DNA of 32,000 nucleotides from Pirellulaceae bacterium (GTDB lineage Bacteria; Planctomycetota; Planctomycetia; Pirellulales; Pirellulaceae): NCBI GenBank assembly GCA_030681235.1, contig JAUXWY010000270.1, positions 24,643 to 56,642 of the forward strand, read 5' to 3'. Shown piece by piece: positions 24,882 to 32,000 of this stretch (position 1 is its first letter; each line of letters starts with the position of its first letter). The notes under the pieces were generated by a model. It saw only the letters and a program-made list of their open reading frames with translations, ran no database searches and was not told where the DNA came from. The position numbers and the translations under genes were made by a program.

Positions 24882-27800
24882 TTAGCCTCGCAGTCGACGA
24901 AGCTCGCGATTGACCCTTTGAATTCCCTGGCGATTGTTGGTCATTTGGTAGAGATCCGCCAATGCTTGATACTGGCGGATTTCCAACGGGCGAGTGCGTT
25001 GCAGCAGCGGCACTTTTTCTTCAGCCGCGCGCCCGTCGGCGGTCGATTTTTCCAGGATGGCAATCGCGCGACGAGTCAGTTTTTTTTCGTTGAGCTTCTT
25101 ACTAAGTGCCAATGAGACGTTGCCGTATTCCAGCCGATAATACAGCAGATTCGGCACGGTTTGCACCAACTGACTCAATGAATTTGCGGCAACAGAAAGA
25201 CACTCGATCCCTTCGTCATCTTGTTCTTGGTCAAACCAGTGCTTGGCCAATTCGACGTGGATATTGGAATTCAGTTGGTGAAACTCCATAATCTGTGACG
25301 AGTCCGCACAGAGGGTCTTGGTAACGACTGCCGCCTTCTGCAAATAGTCAACAGCGGTCGCGTCTTGCATGGCCAAGGGAATGGTGTAGGTCAGTGCCAA
25401 CGAATACGCATATTGCGGGTCGGTGGGATGTTTGGCTTGCAATAATTCGATTTGTTGGATCGCGTCCGTGATCCATTGTTTGAATTGATCGGCCTGAACG
25501 GCAGGGTCCAATAAGACTGCAAGGCCCCGATAACTGTGGGCGCGGGCCAATCGGGCTGCGTCGTCTTCGGGGTTTTCGAGCAACAATTGGTCGGTGATCT
25601 TGACGGCTTGTTCCAGCCAATTTTTTTGTCGACGAACGATGTTTTCCGTACGGCGACGGTCGGCAAGTCGTCCCACAAACGGTGCAACCGAGGGGCGTCT
25701 TCCGGTTTGCAATCCAAAGTAATCTTCGGCAACGGAAGTTGGCACGCGTTGCATTTCACCGACGAGTCCCGTTTCCGTGGTGCATAACAAGTTCAACGTA
25801 CGCGCCACTTCCAAACGAACCTCGGGCTGATTGGCCAATTCGCTATCTTGCAAATTTTTGATTGCCAGTTGATGGTGGCGAACCGCCTCGTTTTGCTCGC
25901 CTTGGCGACGGAATGCCTGTCCCGTTTCGTTGTAGATCTGAGCGAGCGTGATCAGAAAGGTCTCTGACACCGGATCATTCCCCAACAACGCGACATAGAC
26001 TTGGATCGCGTCTTGGTAGGCCTGAATGGCTTGTGGCCAATCGCCCACCAAATGGTAACAGTTGGCCACGCGCCGATAGGCTCGGCCGCTTTGAAGTTTT
26101 AGATCTTTCGATTCGGTGTTCTGCACCGCGATTTGGCGATAGAACTTGAGCATGTCTTTCAAGAATGCCGCGTCGGAGGCCGTGATCGCAGTTTGTACGC
26201 CGACCAATTCACTCAAACCGTCCCATTCGACTGCCAAGGTCGATTCTTCGGAAGCGTTTGCCTGTCGCCCCTGTGAAACGATCTGGACAAACATGGCATC
26301 AAATGCATCCATGCTCACTTGTAGATTCGCTTCGGCTCGTTGAAACTCGGCGTTCGTTTTTTGTTCGTTTTCGACAGCCAACGCGCGGGCCGCTTCAGTT
26401 TCCCCTTGCTGCCATTTGAGCTGCTCGTGCTGGCGACTCAAGTCGGCGAGGGCACGTTGGGTTAGGGTATATCCAATCGTCGTCGACAGGGCCACCAAAA
26501 CCAAAAGCACGAAACAGGAACTAGCCAGAATCGCGGTGGATGGATGACGGCGGGCCCAGCGGAAGACTTCTTCGTGGAGTCGACGACGTCGCACCGAAAC
26601 CGCGCGGTCGTCCAAAAGGCAACGCAGATCGTCTCGCAACTCGGCGGGTGTCGCATAGCGTTCTGACGGATCCCGCGCCAGCGCTTTGTGGACGACTCGT
26701 TCCAAGTCACTCGAAGCTTGCGGTAGTTTGGTCCGAAGTGGAGGCGGGGTTCTACCTAGAACTTGTTGAACCCAACCCGAAGGCGAATGAGTGGAGTACG
26801 TGGGATGAAGCGTCAGGATCTCGTACAACGTCAGCCCTAACCCATAGACCTCGCTTTGTTGATCGTATTTCCCTTCGATCGCTTCCGGCGGCATGTATTG
26901 AGGAGTGCCGACCACGTCACCAGTCTTCGTGATGCCAGGTTCGTCCAGATGTTTGACCAGACCGAAGTCCGTCAAGAGAACCCGCCCTTCTGGGTCAACC
27001 AACATGTTGCCGGGCTTGAGATCCCGATGCAGGACCCCATGTCGGTGGGCGTAGTCCACGGCGTCCGCAATGCCACTCATGGCCCGCAGCGCCCAGCGAA
27101 TGCGGCGACGTGGATCGACCAACTCTTCCCAAAAGACACTGCCGCGCAGCGATGGCCGCTCCGCAACGCTCGATTTGCTGGTCACGGCGGATTGCGAGAC
27201 CGTGAAATCCACGCGAGTTCGCTCGACCATTTCTTCGCGCGACGTTTTGGCGGCATCTCGTTGGCGTTGACCCGTCAAATCTGTTTCGAAAACTGTCGAT
27301 TGAATGGGGGTCGCGTTTCCATTTGATGAGTACTTTATTGTTCCGTTTGACTTTAGTTGCAGCATGATTTCCGAAAGCGACCAACCGGCGACGAATTCCA
27401 TCACGTAATAGTGGTAGCCATGACTGAAGCCCACGCCAAAAACGGTCACAATCTGCGAGTGATGTAGTTTGGCGGCGGCCCCGGCTTCCCAGCAGAATCT
27501 TTGAACGGCTCGCGGATCGTTGGCCAATTGCTGTGACAATACCTTGACCGCCACTCGGCGTCCTAGTGATTGGTGGATCGCCTCGAACACGACTCCCATC
27601 CCACCGCGTCCCAATTCGCGAATCAACTGGTAATCGCCCAACTCCTGCACATCTTTAGGAAACGACTCGGGGATGGCATGTGCTGCGGACTGGGAGGACT
27701 GTTGCTTCAAGCCTTCGATCATGGCGACCGACGAGAGCAGTTCCGCCAATTCTGTGCCAAAGTGCGGAAACTGTTGTTGATAACTTTCGATGCTCGGCAA

Positions 27801-27893
27801 CCGCCCCGCACGATACTGCGACGTAAAATGATCGACGACCGCGTCCAAGCTAAGGTGAGGATCGGGTCCATTTAGGGAAAGGGCGTCGGTCAT
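24882..27893 (-). CDS. Membrane Ser/Thr protein kinase with a C-terminal TPR-rich extracytoplasmic region
   Basis: Complete Hanks motifs: [41 protein letters not shown] and DPSERY. One helix, [25 protein letters not shown], then a coiled-coil and multiple TPR-like repeats. ATG 27893 overlaps the ECF sigma stop as ATGA. Confidence 0.9.
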   Translation of the reverse strand: MTDALSLNGPDPHLSLDAVVDHFTSQYRAGRLPSIESYQQQFPHFGTELAELLSSVAMIEGLKQQSSQSAAHAIPESFPKDVQELGDYQLIRELGRGGMGVVFEAIHQSLGRRVAVKVLSQQLANDPRAVQRFCWEAGAAAKLHHSQIVTVFGVGFSHGYHYYVMEFVAGWSLSEIMLQLKSNGTIKYSSNGNATPIQSTVFETDLTGQRQRDAAKTSREEMVERTRVDFTVSQSAVTSKSSVAERPSLRGSVFWEELVDPRRRIRWALRAMSGIADAVDYAHRHGVLHRDLKPGNMLVDPEGRVLLTDFGLVKHLDEPGITKTGDVVGTPQYMPPEAIEGKYDQQSEVYGLGLTLYEILTLHPTYSTHSPSGWVQQVLGRTPPPLRTKLPQASSDLERVVHKALARDPSERYATPAELRDDLRCLLDDRAVSVRRRRLHEEVFRWARRHPSTAILASSCFVLLVLVALSTTIGYTLTQRALADLSRQHEQLKWQQGETEAARALAVENEQKTNAEFQRAEANLQVSMDAFDAMFVQIVSQGRQANASEESTLAVEWDGLSELVGVQTAITASDAAFLKDMLKFYRQIAVQNTESKDLKLQSGRAYRRVANCYHLVGDWPQAIQAYQDAIQVYVALLGNDPVSETFLITLAQIYNETGQAFRRQGEQNEAVRHHQLAIKNLQDSELANQPEVRLEVARTLNLLCTTETGLVGEMQRVPTSVAEDYFGLQTGRRPSVAPFVGRLADRRRTENIVRRQKNWLEQAVKITDQLLLENPEDDAARLARAHSYRGLAVLLDPAVQADQFKQWITDAIQQIELLQAKHPTDPQYAYSLALTYTIPLAMQDATAVDYLQKAAVVTKTLCADSSQIMEFHQLNSNIHVELAKHWFDQEQDDEGIECLSVAANSLSQLVQTVPNLLYYRLEYGNVSLALSKKLNEKKLTRRAIAILEKSTADGRAAEEKVPLLQRTRPLEIRQYQALADLYQMTNNRQGIQRVNRELRRLRG

Positions 27894-28531
27894 TGAACGG
27901 AATCCGCAGGGTTGGATGCTGCCGAGATTTCCTTTAACCGCTTAAGAGCTCGTAAGTATCGCTTGCTCGCCGCATCTGGCGAAATTTGCAGGACCTGAGC
28001 CGTTTCGTCGTTACTGAGTTCCTCGAAATGTCGGAGTGCGATCACTTCACGATCAAGGTCGTTCATCTGGTTGAGGGCCGTTTCTAACCAAGCCAACTGC
28101 TCGGCGCGGCGCAACAATTGACTGGGCGACGTCATCTGAGCTGATAATTCGAAAGCCATCGCTCGTGACGTGCCGTTGGGGTCGGCAAAGCCAAACAGGC
28201 CAATTTCTCGACGCACGTCCCGTTTTTCCGTCACCAGATGGGCGCGATGCGTGTCGATCAACTGCTGTTGCAATTCCATCCGCAGCCAGACGAAAAGCGG
28301 CGGTGGGTCCGGTTGGCTGAGATAATTCTCCAATCGCTTGGCCGCTCGAACGTAGGCCTCTTGCAAAACATCGGATTCGGAAACGCGGCCGCTCAATCGC
28401 CGGTCCAAACGAAATGCCACGATGCGAGCCAAGCGGGCACGGAGTTGTTGGAAATGTACGGCCAATCCCTGCTGCCCGTCGCGGCGCAGTTGCTCCAAGA
28501 CCTCGGGCTGGTCAGGCATCGATTCGGACAT
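27890..28531 (-). CDS. ECF-type sigma-70 family RNA polymerase sigma factor
   Basis: Region 2 ([17 protein letters not shown] ... [21 protein letters not shown]) and region 4 ([47 protein letters not shown]). The start is set at ATG 28531 (MSESMPDQ). The ORF-track start at 28597 would place the 28563-28592 hairpin inside the coding sequence. Confidence 0.85.
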   Translation of the reverse strand: MSESMPDQPEVLEQLRRDGQQGLAVHFQQLRARLARIVAFRLDRRLSGRVSESDVLQEAYVRAAKRLENYLSQPDPPPLFVWLRMELQQQLIDTHRAHLVTEKRDVRREIGLFGFADPNGTSRAMAFELSAQMTSPSQLLRRAEQLAWLETALNQMNDLDREVIALRHFEELSNDETAQVLQISPDAASKRYLRALKRLKEISAASNPADSVQ

Positions 28532-28562
28532 AGCGGATCCCGAAAACGGCGTTGGTACAAAG

Positions 28563-28592
28563 CCACCGTCCGTTATTATAGCCGGACGGTGG
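28563..28592 (-). promoter_or_regulatory. Perfect 10-bp GC-rich hairpin with TATAAT in the loop, between the two sigma genes
   Basis: The minus strand reads CCACCGTCCG-GCTATAATAA-CGGACGGTGG. Arms are at 28583-28592 and 28563-28572, and the loop is 28573-28582. It lies 36 nt after the sigma-70 stop and 31 nt before ATG 28531. Confidence 0.4.
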
Positions 28593-28627
28593 ACCAAATT
28601 CTGCTTCGCCGTACCGAGAAGTGTCGG

Positions 28628-29584
28628 TCACCGCCGAGACGGACGAGCCACGCGGAACATGCGTTCGCTCGGGTCCTTGAGGCTATCCCCCAATTTCTTC
28701 AACGCTTCGGTCTCGATTTGGCGGACACGTTCACGGGTCAGATTGAGGCTTTCGCCGATCTCTTTTAACGTGTGTTGTTCCATTTCATCGAGGCCATAAC
28801 GCATCTTCAGAACCATGGACTCTCGCGGATCCAACTCGTGCATCATCTGTTTGACACGATTTAGAACATCATTTTCGATGAGTTCGTCTTCGGGCGTCTT
28901 GGCGCGTTCGTCCATCACCATTTCACTCAGGCTCCAACCGGAATCGCTTTGTTCCGTTTGCGGAGCCAAATTATGGATGTGGATCGCCTTTTTGATAATA
29001 GGCAATTTCTTCTTGGGGACGCCCAGTAGACGAGCGACTTCTTCCAGCGTGGGATTGCGCCCCAATTCCTCAGTCAATCGCGATGTCGCACGACGCCACT
29101 TCGACAACAGCTCCACCATATAGGCCGGAATACGAATAGTCTTGGACGAATTGATCAACGCTCGCTTGATCGATTGCTTGATCCAATAACTGGCGTAGGT
29201 ACTAAACCGCGTGCCCATGTCGGGGTCAAAGCCTTCGACCGCCCGCAGTAACCCGAGATTGCCTTCTTCGATCAAGTCTTGCAGGCCCATGCCTTTGCCG
29301 GTGTAACAACGGGCAATGTTGACCACGAGTCGCAAGTTGGCACGCACCATGTGATCGCGGGCGCGAACATCGCCGTTCGCAATTCCCTTAGCTAGTTCGC
29401 GTTCCTCAGCGGCACTCAAGAGCTTGGCTTCATTGATTTCCCGCAGGTACGTCTCCAACGGCGACTGCAGGCCCGTGGCTTCGCGGATCGCGTTCTCAAC
29501 ATTATCCAGCTCCCGTTCCAGGCGGTTAATGTCCACGCGCAAATCCGCGTCGTCGTCAAGTTCTTTGCTTTTGAGGTCGCTCAT
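28628..29584 (-). CDS. Sigma-70 family RNA polymerase sigma factor with regions 1.2-4.2 (RpoD/RpoS-like, non-ECF)
   Basis: LETYLREINEAKLLSAAEERELA (region 1.2/2.1), ANLRLVVNIARCYTGKGMGLQDLIEEGNLGLLRAVEGFDPDMGTRFSTYASYWIKQSI (region 2), IRIPAYMVE (region 3) and LKEIGESLNLTRERVRQIETEALKKL (region 4.2). At 318 aa it lacks a long region 1.1. Confidence 0.88.
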   Translation of the reverse strand: MSDLKSKELDDDADLRVDINRLERELDNVENAIREATGLQSPLETYLREINEAKLLSAAEERELAKGIANGDVRARDHMVRANLRLVVNIARCYTGKGMGLQDLIEEGNLGLLRAVEGFDPDMGTRFSTYASYWIKQSIKRALINSSKTIRIPAYMVELLSKWRRATSRLTEELGRNPTLEEVARLLGVPKKKLPIIKKAIHIHNLAPQTEQSDSGWSLSEMVMDERAKTPEDELIENDVLNRVKQMMHELDPRESMVLKMRYGLDEMEQHTLKEIGESLNLTRERVRQIETEALKKLGDSLKDPSERMFRVARPSRR

Positions 29585-29738
29585 CTTATTTCCAAGTCCA
29601 GGATAGAAACCTGCCGTAACAAAGCACCATGACTCGGACTCCGTGTTTCCACCCAGAGGAAACAGGGGCTCCTACAATCAAGCGCCTTCGTACGTACCGC
29701 GTGCCTGCGTACGTAAGCAGTGCTATCGTCTGGAGAAC

Positions 29739-29760
29739 GGGACGGGCTCTAGCCCGCCCC
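29739..29760 (-). terminator. Candidate GC-rich hairpin after the TIGR03545-like gene
   Basis: The minus strand reads GGGGCGGGCT-AG-AGCCCGTCCC (9 of 10 pairs), 58 nt after the stop at 29818-29820, followed by GTTCTCC, which is a weak U-tract. It lies in the 233-nt region upstream of the sigma-70 gene. Confidence 0.3.
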
Positions 29761-29817
29761 TCAGATCGCACGTCTTAGCGTTTGTGCCACTTGAGACAGA
29801 ATGAGAAGTTGTTCGGA

Positions 29818-31557
29818 TCAGCGCAGTCGTAAAGTATCATTCGACTGGGCATTGTCCTGGAGGCTGGCGATGCGAGACGTCTCTTGTTGTACGGCAACCA
29901 TGATTTGTTGCGATTCTTGGTCCACCCATTGATGCAACCGTTGTTGATGGTCCTGCAGCGATTGCCTAACCGCCAGCGATTGCTGTTGGGCGGACGAGGC
30001 GAAGTGGAACTGCGTGCTGTTGTCTAATGCTTGGGCAATTTGCAAACCCAGATCACACCTGCTCGTAGCAACGATCTTGTCGGTTGTGCCGTTGAGTTCG
30101 TATGTGACGACAAACGACTCGATGCTTTGAAGTTCGTCGCGCATGCGAGCCGCCAAGGCCGGGTCTTTGACTTGGGACAAATCGCAGTCGACGCGGGTTT
30201 GAGTGTGGCGAACCAACAGCTGCCCGTCCAGTTTCTCTCCGTCCAAATTCAGGTTGAGCTGCGCAGCGTATTTTCCGGGAGTGACTTGAATTGGCAGACC
30301 CACCCGCTGCTGGGCTGAAAGCAACGCCAAGCCTTCCTCGCGAGCCAAGTCCAAACTCCGGATCGAAAAGTAGGACTTGCGATTGCCATTGCGCTGGTCG
30401 TACAAGCCGTTGACGATCACGTGGTGGTCCCCTTGAGCCCGCAACGATAGGCTGGCCGGATAACGTTGTGCATGGGGACGATTGCTCAAGTTGTTGATGC
30501 TGCCCATCAGGCGATAGTATTGGTCTCCAACACTCGAGACCCCGACCAGTGTGAGTTTCTGAATTTCAAGGCTGGGTAGTTCCTCGCGACGAAACGAAAT
30601 GTCTCGACCGCGTCCACTGCTGGCCGGAGCATTGTCCATGGTTGGGACAACGGCTTGAGCCCACTCGACCCATTGAAAGATTTGTTGCAATGATTGCGGA
30701 GGTTGTTGGCCCAACAAATCCGTATCAAAGCTGCTCGCGGGAGTTTCAGGCAAGCGAAACGCATTGTCCAAGGCTTCGATTTCGCTGGCTGCTGTGTCGG
30801 CAACGGCGGCCAGATCCGCCGCAGCAGCGCGTTGAATCTGTTCGATCTTGCCACGAATCGTCAGTATCTCCTGAGTCAACTCGTTGACTCGTCGCGTCAT
30901 GGACAACCGAACATCGTTGCGGAGCGGATTATTGGGTTGACGGGCGACGTTTTGAGCGGCAGTCACTTGCTCCTGAAGCCGAACGGCGGATTGCCGACAA
31001 TCGGCCAATTGCGATTCCCACTTCGTTTTGAGGCTTTCCAGAGCCTGGAGCGTGTGTTGGCCTGCTTGGCCGGTGCCGCGCTCGGCGGCCTGGATTTGCT
31101 GCCACCACGTCGGTTCGATCGCCAGTTTGGGTCGGGCGTTGTAGTCGGATTTTGGCTGGCGGGCCTCGGCTAAAGCTTGTTCCAAAACAGCGGCCAAATT
31201 CGATGCTCCCGCCGCTGATGTCACGGCCGAGCCGGAGGCCGGCACCAAGGAGGGATTTGTCATCATCCCGTCCAAGACCACCCAACGTTGGTCCAAAAGT
31301 GCCTGTTGGTCGAGTTTCAACGAAACCTTGTCCGCCTGAAACTGCCCGATGCCATTCCGACCAATCAACAAATTTCGCATCGTGACCGTGCGGTCTTGCC
31401 ATTGGAAACTGGCTTGGTCGACCGTCACTTCCAGCGGGGCCAACACGCCCGATTGATTGATGGCCGTTCGGGTCATGAGTTCGCTGCTAGCCCAGATCCC
31501 CATCAGAAGAATGGCCAACAATACCAGACGCGGAGGTAGAAACTTCAGGAATTTCAT
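29818..31557 (-). CDS. N-terminally anchored coiled-coil protein, TIGR03545-like (uncharacterised family)
   Basis: ATG 31557 gives MKFLKFLPPRLVLLAILLMGIWASSEL (single N-terminal helix), then a long Gln/Ala-rich coiled-coil middle and a beta-rich C-terminus. The family name rests on architecture plus pairing with the upstream small membrane protein, recalled from memory and not searched. The CDS itself is well supported, and its start overlaps the upstream stop as TAATG. Confidence 0.5.
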   Translation of the reverse strand: MKFLKFLPPRLVLLAILLMGIWASSELMTRTAINQSGVLAPLEVTVDQASFQWQDRTVTMRNLLIGRNGIGQFQADKVSLKLDQQALLDQRWVVLDGMMTNPSLVPASGSAVTSAAGASNLAAVLEQALAEARQPKSDYNARPKLAIEPTWWQQIQAAERGTGQAGQHTLQALESLKTKWESQLADCRQSAVRLQEQVTAAQNVARQPNNPLRNDVRLSMTRRVNELTQEILTIRGKIEQIQRAAAADLAAVADTAASEIEALDNAFRLPETPASSFDTDLLGQQPPQSLQQIFQWVEWAQAVVPTMDNAPASSGRGRDISFRREELPSLEIQKLTLVGVSSVGDQYYRLMGSINNLSNRPHAQRYPASLSLRAQGDHHVIVNGLYDQRNGNRKSYFSIRSLDLAREEGLALLSAQQRVGLPIQVTPGKYAAQLNLNLDGEKLDGQLLVRHTQTRVDCDLSQVKDPALAARMRDELQSIESFVVTYELNGTTDKIVATSRCDLGLQIAQALDNSTQFHFASSAQQQSLAVRQSLQDHQQRLHQWVDQESQQIMVAVQQETSRIASLQDNAQSNDTLRLR

Positions 31558-32000
31558 TATTCTAACTCCGTCACGAACGTTGGGCCGGATGGAACGGCAT
31601 CTGTCGGACGCGCGGCGAGTAACGCTTGGATTTGACGCGTACACCTATTTGCAACGAAAAACGTCGGCACACCCAGTATTCCGGCGGCCGCGATCGAGCC
31701 GACGACCACCGAGTTATTCAACTTCAACCACGCGGACCCAGGGGTCGATTCCACCGCCTGCCAAAGCGAGCTCAGCCATGGTTGCGTCAGCAGCCAAAAG
31801 CCAATGGGATCGGTCAGCGAGTCCAAATGCGGGCCCAAAAGTGAGAAAATAACGGCGGAAACCAGCGCGATTGGCAACGAAACCGGCAAAAATAGCCCGC
31901 AAAACGCCACGAGGTAACAAATCGCCGACTCTTTGGGGAGCAGGCCAATCATGAGTCCCAGAACCACAGCCGTTGCAAATCGCCACGGAGGCGGCATTTG
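31557..32000 (-). CDS. Small polytopic membrane protein, TIGR03546-like (DUF2062-like); N-terminus at or beyond the window edge
   Basis: PPPWRFATAVVLGLMIGLLP... and ...WLKLNNSVVVGSIAAAGILGVPTFFVANR resemble the family's conserved N-terminal and C-terminal segments, from memory. An ATG at 31997 is possible, but the frame is still open at nt 32000. Confidence 0.5.
   Translation of the reverse strand, partial: QMPPPWRFATAVVLGLMIGLLPKESAICYLVAFCGLFLPVSLPIALVSAVIFSLLGPHLDSLTDPIGFWLLTQPWLSSLWQAVESTPGSAWLKLNNSVVVGSIAAAGILGVPTFFVANRCTRQIQALLAARPTDAVPSGPTFVTELE

Noticed and set aside
29644-29716. Small hairpins in the sigma-70 upstream region (TGTTTCC-N7-GGAAACA at 29644-29664 and the GTACGTA palindromes at ~29690-29716) as a riboswitch or leader.
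   Set aside because: The stems are 7 bp, I recognise no conserved riboswitch core, and the region could equally hold just a promoter and UTR. I cannot support this without covariation data.
1-32000. Search by eye for CRISPR arrays, tRNA/rRNA genes, integrases, transposases, toxin-antitoxin pairs or known defence-system signatures.
   Set aside because: I saw no regularly spaced direct repeats, no tRNA-like cloverleaf regions in the intergenic gaps, and none of the ORFs carry such motifs. The absence is only as good as manual inspection.

Overview
Gene-dense chromosomal window with about 21 supportable protein genes. I saw no rRNA, tRNA, CRISPR array, integrase, transposase or recognisable defence system. 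It is moderately GC-rich by eye. The gene repertoire looks Planctomycetota-like (membrane Ser/Thr kinase with a TPR tail, ECF sigma/kinase pair, housekeeping enzymes with low-complexity inserts, weak Shine-Dalgarno signals), but the taxon is inference only.

Layout:
- 1-2834: a 5'-truncated kinase-like membrane protein.
- 2992-7631: miaB, purQ and ppk1 packed head to tail.
- 7949-8923: a MoxR AAA+ ATPase.
- 8970-9087: a 118-bp nested palindromic, MITE-like element.
- 9208-11416: a His-rich lipoprotein plus a UPF0718-type permease.
- 11406-16303, minus strand: SRAP, DUF58 and transglutaminase-like genes, converging on the permease.
- 16574-21403: a leaderless RTX protein.
- 21424-24539: an SGNH hydrolase, pgi and a UPF0173 hydrolase.
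- 24882-32000, minus strand: a regulatory block of a TIGR03546-like and TIGR03545-like pair, a sigma-70 factor, an ECF sigma and a Ser/Thr kinase.

Most notable observations:
1. The 1609-aa RTX protein has ten divergent ~110-aa tandem modules fused to a serralysin-family domain. In that domain all zinc ligands and the Met-turn Met are substituted.
2. The transglutaminase-like protein has its catalytic Cys position occupied by Asp.
3. The palindromic element is flanked by TAAT direct repeats.
4. The chain sigma-70, ECF sigma and kinase includes an ATGA overlap.

Nothing here is demonstrably a new system from sequence alone. The RTX/pseudo-metzincin locus is my best candidate for something undescribed.
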